A stretch of 64,000 bases of DNA from Vicinamibacteria bacterium (GTDB taxonomy: Bacteria; Acidobacteriota; Vicinamibacteria; Marinacidobacterales; Marinacidobacteraceae), in the NCBI GenBank assembly GCA_963668695.2, contig CAXXLQ010000004.1, positions 2,624,001 through 2,688,000 of the forward strand, given 5' to 3'. Positions 48,160-56,543 of the stretch are shown here, piece by piece; position 1 is the first letter of the stretch; every line of letters begins with the position of its first letter. The notes below the pieces were generated by a model. The model saw nothing but the letters and a program-made list of their open reading frames with translations. It did not search any database and was not told the DNA's origin. The translations under genes and the position numbers were made by a program.

Positions 48160-49332
48160 TCAGGCGTTCGCAGCAGCGAGTTCCGACGCGAGTTCCCGGA
48201 GCCCGATCACTTCCACGTTGTCGCCGATGGGATAGCGGTTGTCTCCGGTGCCGAGGAGGAAACAGCGGTTCGGCTTGAGCGTCTCGCGAGCAAAATGAAA
48301 CCCTCGCGTCGGGGATGGCGACGACGCCCACTTGACCTCGACGGCCCAACGGGCCCCGCCGGGGAGATCCAGGACCAGATCCATCTCCGCGCCTCCCGCG
48401 GTCCGGAAGAAGCTCGCGTGGGTGAGGTCGGGAGCCGCCGCCAGGAGGTTCTCGATCGCGAATCCCTCGAAGGAAGCGCCTACCACTGGATGGCCGGCCA
48501 CCGCGTCGAGCGACGGAAGGTTGAGTAGCGCGTGTACGAGTCCGGAGTCCCGCAAATAGATCTTGGGGGCTTTCACCAGTCGTTTCCCGATGTTCGCCGC
48601 CAGCGGCGGCAGGCGCCGAATGAGCAACAGGTCGGTGAGCGTGTCGAGGTACCGGGCGACGGTGTTGGCGCTGACCCCAAGCGACCCAGCGAGGCGGGAG
48701 GCGTTGAGCAGCGCTCCCTGCGAGTGCGCGAGCATCGTCCAAAGACGCCCGAGCGTCTCGGCGGGGAGGCGTGGGCTCAGCCACGCGACTTCCCGTTGCA
48801 GGTAAGTCCTCACCAGGTCGCGGCGGCGCCGGAAGCTCTGCCGGTCGCTTGCGGCAAGAAACGCCCGCGGATAGCCGCCGCGCAGGAAGAGCGTCGCCAG
48901 CAGATCGGAGTCGGGCGGGACTTCCGAAACGTCGAAAGGGAGCAGGTCAAAATAGGCGATCCTGCCGGCAAGCGTCTCTCCAGTCGTTCGCAGGACATCG
49001 AACGACGCCGAGCCGAGGATCAGGAAGCGCGACGTTCCCTTGCCCGAGAGCCTGCCCCGGTCGATCACCCCCCGCAGGGTGTGGAGCAGTTCCGGCGCGC
49101 GACGAATTTCGTCGAGAATGACGAGGCGGTCTTCAAGACGGTCGAGAACGGCCCTCGGTTCTCGGAGTCGCAGCCGTTCTTCCGGGTCTTCAAGGTCGAA
49201 GTACGTCGCGTTCTGTCCCCGGCCGATTTCGCGCGCCAGCGTCGTCTTGCCGACTTGCCGCGGCCCGACGAGAACGACGGCCGCCTCTTCGGCGAGCGCC
49301 TCGCGAACGAGCGGCTCCAGTCGTCGTTTCAT
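48160..49332 (-). CDS. AAA+ ATP-binding protein (AAA_14 + DUF4143)
   Basis: GPRQVGKTT, ILDEI, LAGR, RGGYP, KAPKIYLRDSG, EMDLV...VEVK. Confidence 0.9.
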   Translation of the reverse strand: MKRRLEPLVREALAEEAAVVLVGPRQVGKTTLAREIGRGQNATYFDLEDPEERLRLREPRAVLDRLEDRLVILDEIRRAPELLHTLRGVIDRGRLSGKGTSRFLILGSASFDVLRTTGETLAGRIAYFDLLPFDVSEVPPDSDLLATLFLRGGYPRAFLAASDRQSFRRRRDLVRTYLQREVAWLSPRLPAETLGRLWTMLAHSQGALLNASRLAGSLGVSANTVARYLDTLTDLLLIRRLPPLAANIGKRLVKAPKIYLRDSGLVHALLNLPSLDAVAGHPVVGASFEGFAIENLLAAAPDLTHASFFRTAGGAEMDLVLDLPGGARWAVEVKWASSPSPTRGFHFARETLKPNRCFLLGTGDNRYPIGDNVEVIGLRELASELAAANA

Positions 49333-49336
49333 GTGC

Positions 49337-49365
49337 GTATATTCTCCATCAGATGGAGAATATAC
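49337..49365. promoter_or_regulatory. Perfect 14-1-14 palindrome, candidate operator
   Basis: GTATATTCTCCATC-A-GATGGAGAATATAC, AT-rich, 4 nt upstream of the ATPase ATG. Confidence 0.6.
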
Positions 49366-49449
49366 AAGGATGACTCGCAACGGCGCCGCCACGCCGATGC
49401 CCCGCGAGCCGCGGTGCGGCGGACGGCGAACCGCGGAGGCCAGCCCTGG

Positions 49450-49971
49450 TCAGTTGTCGGCCGGTGCGGAGGCGGCTTTCGCAGGCGGAGGCGCCGCGTG
49501 CGGGGTGTTGGTGGTGATCAGCAGGGTGGAAAGGAGCACTCCGGCGATCCCGAGCCAGAGAATCGGACCGCCCCGTAGCCGCCCGCCGGAGAGCAGCAGG
49601 GTCGAGACCGCGGTGATGGTCACCGCGCCGCCGAAGACCACCGGCATCACCGCATGGGGGATGCGGGCGCCGCCGGTGAACATGGCCATGGTGAGGCCGA
49701 AGGCTCCGAGCGCTCCCAAGAGGCCCGCGGCGAAACCCCAGGCCAGGCTGCTGCCGGCGAGCGGTAAGAACGTGAAGGTGTCTCCCCGCTGCCACATCCC
49801 GAGCGCGCCCCCCAGGATCGCGACCACCAGGTAGGCGATCCCGATGCCGAGGTACGGCTTGAACGGGCTCGCGGTCGCGTCGGCGAGCCGCGCCTGTCCC
49901 AGGGTCGGTCCGTAAAGCCCCCAGGCGAGGGCCGTGATCAGGGCGAAGAGAAAGGGCAGGGCGGTACGCAT
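49450..49971 (-). CDS. Small integral membrane protein (DMT/EamA-like)
   Basis: About five hydrophobic helices, WGLYG motif. Confidence 0.7.
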   Translation of the reverse strand: MRTALPFLFALITALAWGLYGPTLGQARLADATASPFKPYLGIGIAYLVVAILGGALGMWQRGDTFTFLPLAGSSLAWGFAAGLLGALGAFGLTMAMFTGGARIPHAVMPVVFGGAVTITAVSTLLLSGGRLRGGPILWLGIAGVLLSTLLITTNTPHAAPPPAKAASAPADN

Positions 49972-51223
49972 GGAGGCCTCCGGGCCGCCCGATCATACGG
50001 AGGCGGCCCGCTATGGCCGAACCCCGTGGCACACTCCGCCCGCCCGAACATGTGTTACCTCTTCGCGCCCCAATGACCACGGAATCTCTTCGGCGGCTGG
50101 CGCTGAGGGCGGTGTTCCGGGGCCACGCGGTTTCCTGCCGCCCTATGAGCCGCTCCGGCGGTTGCCGCCCGGCTTCGAGGCGTGGGAAGAGATTGCCGCC
50201 GACCTTTCCGTTCGCTACCTGGTGGGCCGGATCCGCGCGGATCTCGCCGGGCTCCCGGAGCTTGACCCGGCTCCCCTCCTGGACGGTCCGGAAGTGGAGC
50301 GCGCCATGCTGCTCCTCGGCTTCTTCGCGGGCGCGTACGTTCACGCCAGCGATCCCCCGGTGGCCAGCCTCCCGCCGCCGCTCGCGCGTCCGTTGCTCGC
50401 TCTGTCCCGGAGGCTTGGACGCCCGCCGATTCTGGCGTATGCCAGCCTCAATATGCACAACTGGCGGCGGCTCGACCCGGCGGGCCCGATCGCCCTTCAA
50501 AACCTGGTGAACCTGCTCGGCGTTCACGGCAGCACCGACGAAACCTGGTTCCTCACCGGGGCGGTGGCGATCGAAGCGTGCGGGGGGGAAGAGCCGGCCC
50601 GGATCGTTCGGGCGACGATCGCGGCGGAAGAGGGAGACGCCGATACGGTTGCCTCCGAACTCGAGCGGCTGACCCGGACGATCGGCAAGATCACCGAACT
50701 GACCGAGCGGACCCGCGAGGCGTGCGACCCGTACATCTTCTATCGGCGGGTGCGCCCCCCGTTCTCGGGCTGGTCCGAGCCCGGGGTGATCTACGAGGGG
50801 ACCGATCTGGCGGAGCCACTCGTCCTCGCCGGGGCGAGCGCCGCCCAGAGCCCCCTCATCCAATGTTTCGATGCCGCGCTTTCCATCGAACACCCGGAAG
50901 AGGCGAGGTTCCCGTACCTCGAGATGCGCCGATACATGAACCCGGCGCACCGGCGCTTCGTGGCCGCCGTGGAGAAGAGCGGCGCCATGCGCCGGCTGGC
51001 CGCCGCGGGGATCAGCCCGGCGGTCACCGATGCCTACGACGCGGCGCTGGCCGCGTTCATCCAGTTTCGACGGGTCCACATGGCGATCGTTACCGACTAC
51101 ATCGCGCGCCAGGCCGATCCGGGAACGCCGGCACGCGGGACCGGAGGGACGGATTTCGCGCGTTTCCTCGGAGGGACGCTCGCGGGAGTCAGGCAGGCTC
51201 GGTTGAAAGGTCGGGTGGGCTGA
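49970..51223 (+). CDS. Indoleamine 2,3-dioxygenase family protein (start uncertain)
   Basis: RGFLP, DETWF, GASAAQS, MRRYMNPAHR, FRRVH..IVTDYI (proximal His), GTGGT loop. Confidence 0.85.
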   Translation: MEASGPPDHTEAARYGRTPWHTPPARTCVTSSRPNDHGISSAAGAEGGVPGPRGFLPPYEPLRRLPPGFEAWEEIAADLSVRYLVGRIRADLAGLPELDPAPLLDGPEVERAMLLLGFFAGAYVHASDPPVASLPPPLARPLLALSRRLGRPPILAYASLNMHNWRRLDPAGPIALQNLVNLLGVHGSTDETWFLTGAVAIEACGGEEPARIVRATIAAEEGDADTVASELERLTRTIGKITELTERTREACDPYIFYRRVRPPFSGWSEPGVIYEGTDLAEPLVLAGASAAQSPLIQCFDAALSIEHPEEARFPYLEMRRYMNPAHRRFVAAVEKSGAMRRLAAAGISPAVTDAYDAALAAFIQFRRVHMAIVTDYIARQADPGTPARGTGGTDFARFLGGTLAGVRQARLKGRVG

Positions 51224-51289
51224 GCGGCAGCCTTACGATATCCTCCTATTCAGGGATATCCGGAAAGCGCCGATATCCGGGAGAGCGCC

Positions 51290-51520
51290 ATGGTGGTTTC
51301 GAGATGGGGTAACAGTCTCGGCGTGCGGTTGCCGCGAACGCTGGTCAAGAGTCTCGGGCTGAAGCCCGGCGATGAGTTGGAGGTGGTCTCGGCCTCTCGA
51401 GCGCGCATCATCCTGGCCGTTGACGACCGCCGCGCAAAGGCGGTGGAGCGCATGCGCGCCCGCGCGCTGCGCCGTCCCGAGGGTACCGCCTTCGACCGTG
51501 AGGACGCCAACGCCCGATGA
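51290..51520 (+). CDS. AbrB/MazE-family antitoxin
   Basis: VSRWGNSLGVRLP...LGLKPGDE, FDREDANAR. Confidence 0.92.
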   Translation: MVVSRWGNSLGVRLPRTLVKSLGLKPGDELEVVSASRARIILAVDDRRAKAVERMRARALRRPEGTAFDREDANAR

Positions 51521-51909
51521 CCGCCTTCATCGACACCAACGTGCTGATCTACGGTCAGGAAGCCGGTGCAAAGAGCGAGACGGCGCGACGGGTGATCCTG
51601 GCGGGCGGCGTCATCAGCGTTCAGGTGCTCAACGAATTCGCCGCCGTGCTTCGGCGCAAGTTCGGTTTGGAATGGGCGGTGATCGCCGATTCTCTCGCCG
51701 ACGTCCGCACTGCACTGGATCCCGTTCGGCCCATCGGTGTCGAAATCCACACGAGCGCCGTCGCGCTCGCACGGTCCCACGGCTTCAGTTTCTATGACGC
51801 GCTGATCGTGGCATCGGCGCTCGACGCGGGCTGCGAAACGCTGCTGACGGAGGATCTTCAGGCCGGCCGGCGGGTAAACGGCCTGACCATCGTCAACCCG
51901 TTCGCCTGA
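51517..51909 (+). CDS. PIN-domain toxin (VapC family)
   Basis: FIDTNVLIY, SVQVLNEF, FSFYDALIVASA, LLTEDL; ATGA overlap with the antitoxin. Confidence 0.92.
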   Translation: MTAFIDTNVLIYGQEAGAKSETARRVILAGGVISVQVLNEFAAVLRRKFGLEWAVIADSLADVRTALDPVRPIGVEIHTSAVALARSHGFSFYDALIVASALDAGCETLLTEDLQAGRRVNGLTIVNPFA

Positions 51910-51966
51910 GCGAAGGCGCCGGCTGCCGGTTCGCCCGGGTCTTTGCGAGTGGTTCCGGGGGCTCGT

Positions 51967-54147
51967 TTACGGAGTCGCCGGCGAGCGGTCCTCGTGGGGC
52001 ACGAGCCGGACCGCCCAGAGGCCGCTGTTGAAGTCCGAGAAGAAAATGGTGCCCTTGTGGGGCTGTGGGCCCCAGACGAAGGGTGCGTTCGCGATGAATC
52101 CGTCCGGATCGTCCGAATAGAACTTCGCGACTTCCCGGCCCTGCCGGTAGAGGTCGCCGACGAGCTCCCCGGAGACGTCCACCACCCGGAGTCCCCCGTT
52201 GAAGTAGGCGACGTACATGAGGTCCTGCTCGGTGTCGATCCAGAGGTTGTGGGGCCCTGCCTCCGGCACCCGATACCGGGCGATCTCCACCGGGTTCTGG
52301 GGGTCGTCGAACTCGTTGAAGTGGATGAAACCCATCGCCCGGGAGGGCATTCGCTCCTGCCAGGAGATGATCGGACCGGGAATACGGGGATTGATTGGGT
52401 GGGATTCATCGCCGGTTACCACGTAGAAGCGGTCCGCCGAACGGCTCCGGAAGGGCCAGATGGCGTGGTTCCACCCGGTGAGCTGATAGAGACGGCCCAT
52501 CTCGACGGGGTTCTGCGGCGAGCCGCCCATGCCGCCGCCGCCCACGTCCACGACGACCATTCCATCGGTGTTTCCCGCCTGGAAGGCGATCCCGTCATGG
52601 ATCCAGACGTCATGAACGCTGCGTCCGGGGCGGGGGTCCTCGAACCGGGACACCCGGAAAGGGTTCCTGGGATCCTCGGCGTTCACCACGTCCCAGCGCC
52701 GGCCGTTGTTGATGGCGTAGATGTGCCCCTCGTGGAAGAACACGTTGTGGACGCCGCCCGTCAGCTCGTCGTCGAAGCGCGACAGGATCTCGGGGTTCCG
52801 CGGGTCGGAAACGTCCAGGATCACGAAACCGTTGCGGCGGTTCGAGGCGCCTTCCCGGGTGATGACGGCGATGGTCCCGTCGGCGGACACCTTCACGTCG
52901 TTCACGGTCCGGGCGTCCACCTGCACCTCCGAGATGCGCTGCATGTTCGCGGGATCGGTCACGTCGAAGAACAACGCGTGCCCGTCGGCGTTCCAGGTGC
53001 CGAGTGCGGCGTAGTCCCGCCCGTCGATCCCCTCCCAGATCCACAGATCGGAACTCGCGCGGTCACGCACGGGGGCGTGGCCGACGAACTCCATGGCCAT
53101 CCCGACGTCCCGGGGCACGACCCGGATCGCACGTTCGGAGCGCGCCGACCCGGAGGTGGCCGAGACCACGTAGAGCCCCGGCTGTTCGGCCACGAACCGG
53201 CCGTCGGCCAGCAGCTGGGCCGGCGCCCCCGCTCCCACCGTGTCGAAGCGACTCGGATCAGGATGGGACTCCAGCGAAAAGCGCACGGGAGCGTCGCCGA
53301 CATTCCCACCGCCGTCGCCCATGACGGACGCGGAGAACCGCACCACGTCTCCGGTCCGCACCGCGCCCGGTGGCGGGGCTCCGCCGTGCGAAGCGGTCAG
53401 CTCGAGGGACCGCGCCGGATTCGGGATGACCTCGATCTCCGCCTCCACCGAAAGTTCGCCCAGGCGCGCGCTCAGGGTTGCCCTGCCGGGAGCGAGCGCC
53501 CGGAAGACCCCGGCGGCGTCCCCGATGTAGGTCGAAGGCCGGGGCCGGTCGTAGAAGGGATGGGCGTGGTACGTGCCCTCGAACAGCGGACCGAAGGCGG
53601 TCACCGCGCCGACTTCCTCCGGCTGGACGGTGATTTCCGCCCGAACGTCGCGAGGCTCGGATCCCTCGTCCTCGGCGAGCAGCCGGATGGGAAGGCTCGC
53701 TCCGGCGATCACCTGCTCGGGCAAACCCACAAAGCGCAGGGTGGCGAGTTCGGAAGGGAGGATCTCGACGGGGATCTCCACCCGGATTCCAGGATCGTCG
53801 GGCCGGGTGAACCCCGGGGTGGTGCCGGCCGTTGGCGAAAGCGCCACCAGGGTGTGCCGGCCCGCCCGGTGGGCGCTGACCACTCCGGTGTGCGAGACGC
53901 TGACGTCGGCGGGGTCCAGCGAGAAGAAGAGCACCCGAGCCCCCGAGTCCGCGGTCCCGTCGGCGGCGGTGACGGTGGCCGTAACGCTCCCCGTCTGTCC
54001 CACCCGAAGCTGTAGGGATTCCGGGCTGACCGTGAGCTGCCGCTCCTGCTCCGGCGCTGCGGTGGCAAAGCCGACGAGGACCACACCGAACGTCAAGTAG
54101 CTCGGAACGGCCGAAATCACCCGCTGGTAGATCCGCTCGAACGTCAT
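51967..54147 (-). CDS. Exported Ig-like domain + LVIVD-repeat beta-propeller protein
   Basis: Big_2-like N-terminus; repeats FVILDVSDPRNP, LRVVDVSG; His-containing HN/HD motifs. Confidence 0.75.
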   Translation of the reverse strand: MTFERIYQRVISAVPSYLTFGVVLVGFATAAPEQERQLTVSPESLQLRVGQTGSVTATVTAADGTADSGARVLFFSLDPADVSVSHTGVVSAHRAGRHTLVALSPTAGTTPGFTRPDDPGIRVEIPVEILPSELATLRFVGLPEQVIAGASLPIRLLAEDEGSEPRDVRAEITVQPEEVGAVTAFGPLFEGTYHAHPFYDRPRPSTYIGDAAGVFRALAPGRATLSARLGELSVEAEIEVIPNPARSLELTASHGGAPPPGAVRTGDVVRFSASVMGDGGGNVGDAPVRFSLESHPDPSRFDTVGAGAPAQLLADGRFVAEQPGLYVVSATSGSARSERAIRVVPRDVGMAMEFVGHAPVRDRASSDLWIWEGIDGRDYAALGTWNADGHALFFDVTDPANMQRISEVQVDARTVNDVKVSADGTIAVITREGASNRRNGFVILDVSDPRNPEILSRFDDELTGGVHNVFFHEGHIYAINNGRRWDVVNAEDPRNPFRVSRFEDPRPGRSVHDVWIHDGIAFQAGNTDGMVVVDVGGGGMGGSPQNPVEMGRLYQLTGWNHAIWPFRSRSADRFYVVTGDESHPINPRIPGPIISWQERMPSRAMGFIHFNEFDDPQNPVEIARYRVPEAGPHNLWIDTEQDLMYVAYFNGGLRVVDVSGELVGDLYRQGREVAKFYSDDPDGFIANAPFVWGPQPHKGTIFFSDFNSGLWAVRLVPHEDRSPATP

Positions 54148-54239
54148 CGTTCAAGGGTAAGTCAAGAGACGGCGCCCCGGCCAAGCCGTTCCGGGAGCCG
54201 GTCCGCTCCGCACTCTGGCTCAGCAACTTTCCGCGGCGA

Positions 54240-54265
54240 TGAAGAATTCGGGTCTCTCCTGCGTA
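54240..54265 (+). promoter_or_regulatory. Candidate ECF-type autoregulatory promoter
   Basis: TGAAGA-N16-CGTA upstream of the ECF sigma gene, resembling SigW-type TGAAAC-N16-CGTA. Confidence 0.35.
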
Positions 54266-54290
54266 GTCCCTCTATAGAAGCCGACAGAAG

Positions 54291-54902
54291 TTGAACGACC
54301 AGACCCCTACCGAGGTGACTCCCGGCAGCGGCCGGCCCGGCGCGCCCGACCCCGAGGAGCAGGAGTGGATCCGGCGCTGCCGGAACGGCAGCCGCCGCGC
54401 CTACGAGCCGCTGGTCCGCCGCTATGCCCGCTGGGCCGAGTCCTACGCCTTCCGCCGCGTCGGAGACCGGGACGAGGCGCGCGATCTGGCGCAGGAGGCC
54501 TTCGCCCGCGCCTTCCACGCGATGCCGCGGTTTCGCCTTGGGCGCCCCTTTCTTCCGTGGTTTCTGACGATTCTTGACAACGTCTGCCGGAGCTATCTGC
54601 GCCGGCGCCGGCCCGAAATCGGGCTTGACCATGTCCCGGAACCCGCCTCCGACGGCGGCATGCGTGCGGTGGGCCAGCGCCTTTTGCTGGAACGCGGCCT
54701 CCGCGGCCTTTCCGAGGAGCAGCGCCGGGTGGTCGTGATGCGGGATCTGGAGGGATACGTCCACCGCGAGGTGGCCGAGCGACTCGGTATTCCCCAAGGA
54801 ACGGTCATGTCTCGTCTGCACGCCGCCCGCAGGAAGCTGCGGCGCATTCTCGCCGGTGAGCGGCCCGGTCGGCCCCGCCGACCAAAGGAGGGATCGCAAT
54901 GA
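54291..54902 (+). CDS. ECF RNA polymerase sigma factor
   Basis: ARDLAQEAF, FLPW..ILDN, EVAERLGIPQGTVMSRLHAAR. Confidence 0.92.
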   Translation: MNDQTPTEVTPGSGRPGAPDPEEQEWIRRCRNGSRRAYEPLVRRYARWAESYAFRRVGDRDEARDLAQEAFARAFHAMPRFRLGRPFLPWFLTILDNVCRSYLRRRRPEIGLDHVPEPASDGGMRAVGQRLLLERGLRGLSEEQRRVVVMRDLEGYVHREVAERLGIPQGTVMSRLHAARRKLRRILAGERPGRPRRPKEGSQ

Positions 54903-55282
54903 ACGATCACGATGCCAACCGGGGCCCGGGAGCTTCGGGACGGATTCCCGAAGACGCTCCGGGCGCGGCCGATCTCGAAGCCCGTCCCGGCGACTGGGAC
55001 GACGCCGCCATGGACCGTTTCTGGCTCGGTGTCTATTCCCGGCTGGAACGGGGTCTTGCCTGGACGCTCGTTTCCGCCTCGACGGCGGTGCTGCTCGGTT
55101 ACTGGGCCTACGTGTTCGCGACCGAATTCATGGCCGAATTCATGGCCGACGCGTCCGTCCCGGCGATTGTCCGTTTTGGGACCGCCGGGCTGCTGCTCGG
55201 CATTCTCCTTCTCCTGCTGGGCGCGCTCCGTGAACGGATCCGCGCCCATTCCACCGACCCGTTTCGGAGGGTTCGACGATGA
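54899..55282 (+). CDS. Two-TM membrane protein, putative anti-sigma factor
   Basis: ATGA-coupled to the sigma gene; FW..VYSRLERG, two TM helices, DPF..VRR C-terminus. Confidence 0.65.
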   Translation: MNDHDANRGPGASGRIPEDAPGAADLEARPGDWDDAAMDRFWLGVYSRLERGLAWTLVSASTAVLLGYWAYVFATEFMAEFMADASVPAIVRFGTAGLLLGILLLLLGALRERIRAHSTDPFRRVRR

Positions 55283-55596
55283 TTGTATGTACCACCAACG
55301 AGGTTCCCGGCGCCGAGATCGCCGAGGTTCTGGGTGTGGCCCGCGGCAACACGATCCGCGCCCGCCACCTCGGCCGCGACATCATGGCCGGCCTCAAGGG
55401 GCTCGTCGGGGGCGAGGTCGAGTCCTATACGAAGCTCATGGCCGAAAGCCGCGAGCAGGCGATCGCCCGAATGATCGAGCATGCCGAGGCGCTCGGCGCC
55501 GACGCCATTCTCGGAATGCGGCTCACGACTTCCGTCTTGATGACTACCGCCGCCGAGATCCTTGCCTACGGCACCGCCGTGAAGCTGCGTAGGTAG
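55279..55596 (+). CDS. YbjQ/UPF0145 family protein
   Basis: GRDIMAGLKGLVGGE..YTKL..SREQA..GADA..AYGTAV. Confidence 0.92.
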   Translation: MIVCTTNEVPGAEIAEVLGVARGNTIRARHLGRDIMAGLKGLVGGEVESYTKLMAESREQAIARMIEHAEALGADAILGMRLTTSVLMTTAAEILAYGTAVKLRR

Positions 55597-55600
55597 AGAA

Positions 55601-55826
55601 GGGAACGCCGGTGTTCACACCGGCATCGCTGCGCGAGAGCGCAGCGAAACCCGCGTACCGCTCCTCGCGCAGATGGCGCGCGGCAGCGGGAACGCCGGCC
55701 GCCGGCCGGCACCGCCCGCCGGAGGCGGGCGGACAACGTAAACCCTACGCACCCTCACGGCGCGCGACAGCGGAGCGCTGGCCTCCGGCCGGCATCGCCG
55801 CCCGCAGGGCCGCGAGACCGCGTACC
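55601..55826 (+). repeat. Cluster of three empty REP-like repeats
   Basis: GGGAACGCCGGTGTTCACACCGGCA, GGGAACGCCGGCCGCCGGCCGGCA, GGAGCGCTGGCCTCCGGCCGGCA, each followed by a hairpin. Confidence 0.7.
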
Positions 55827-55864
55827 CCCCGATCCGCGTCCACAGCAGATAGGCTAGGAAAGCC

Positions 55865-56356
55865 ATGTCCGATATCGGCCCGCCGGAGCGTGATCGCGGA
55901 CGCTTCCATGAGGATTTCCACGTCGGCCAGCGGATCGTGCATCCTTTGGGCCGCACCATCCTGTCGACCGACAACTCCTGGTTCTCGCTGCTCACCCAGA
56001 ACCAGAACCCGATCCACATCGACCACCACCACAGCGAGCGCACCCCGTTCGGCAAGCCGCTCGTGAACTCGTGCCTCACGCTGGCGCTCGCCACCGGTCA
56101 GTCGGTGAACGACCTCACCCGGAACGTGATGGCGAACCTCGGCTGGGAGGAGGTGCGGCTGCCCGCGCCGCTGTTCGAAGGCGACACGCTGTACTCGGAG
56201 AGCGAAGTGCTCGCTACCCGGGAATCCCGCTCTCGTCCGGAAGCCGGGATCGTGACCGTCCGCACCCGCGGGAAGAATCAGGACGGCGTGGTGGTGATCG
56301 AGTTCCGGCGCACGTTCCTGATCTGGAAGCGCGACCACGCGCCGCGAGGACGCTGA
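55865..56356 (+). CDS. MaoC family dehydratase
   Basis: GRFHEDF, DNSWF..NQNPIHID, NLGWEEV, PLFEGDTL. Confidence 0.9.
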   Translation: MSDIGPPERDRGRFHEDFHVGQRIVHPLGRTILSTDNSWFSLLTQNQNPIHIDHHHSERTPFGKPLVNSCLTLALATGQSVNDLTRNVMANLGWEEVRLPAPLFEGDTLYSESEVLATRESRSRPEAGIVTVRTRGKNQDGVVVIEFRRTFLIWKRDHAPRGR

Positions 56357-56387
56357 ACTCAGCGAATTTCGCTCGCTTCCAGCGGGC

Positions 56388-56540
56388 GATGCCGGTCTGA
56401 TCTGAGGGCCCCCGCCGGGAGGATCGGCCGGCGCTCGTGGACTAGGTCGGTGCGAGAGGAGTGAATAGGACGTGAGTTTCGCGGCCTGCGGCCGCGATGC
56501 CGGTCTGAAGGCCCCCACCGGGAGGACTGGCCGGCGCTCC
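56388..56540 (-). repeat. Two REP-like repeats, each with a micro-insert
   Basis: Reverse complement of the second copy: GGAGCGCCGG-CCAGTCCTCCCGGTGGGGG-CCTTCAGACCGGCATCGCGGCCGCAGGCCGCG; a degenerate copy lies at about 56390-56437. Confidence 0.7.
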
Positions 56541-56543
56541 TGG

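Noticed and set aside
51237-51279. Three GATATC hexamers upstream of the AbrB-VapC operon as an operator
   Set aside because: Plausible but too short and irregularly spaced to support.
55126-55149. 12-bp duplication encoding EFMAEFMA
   Set aside because: A minor in-frame slippage with no evident significance.
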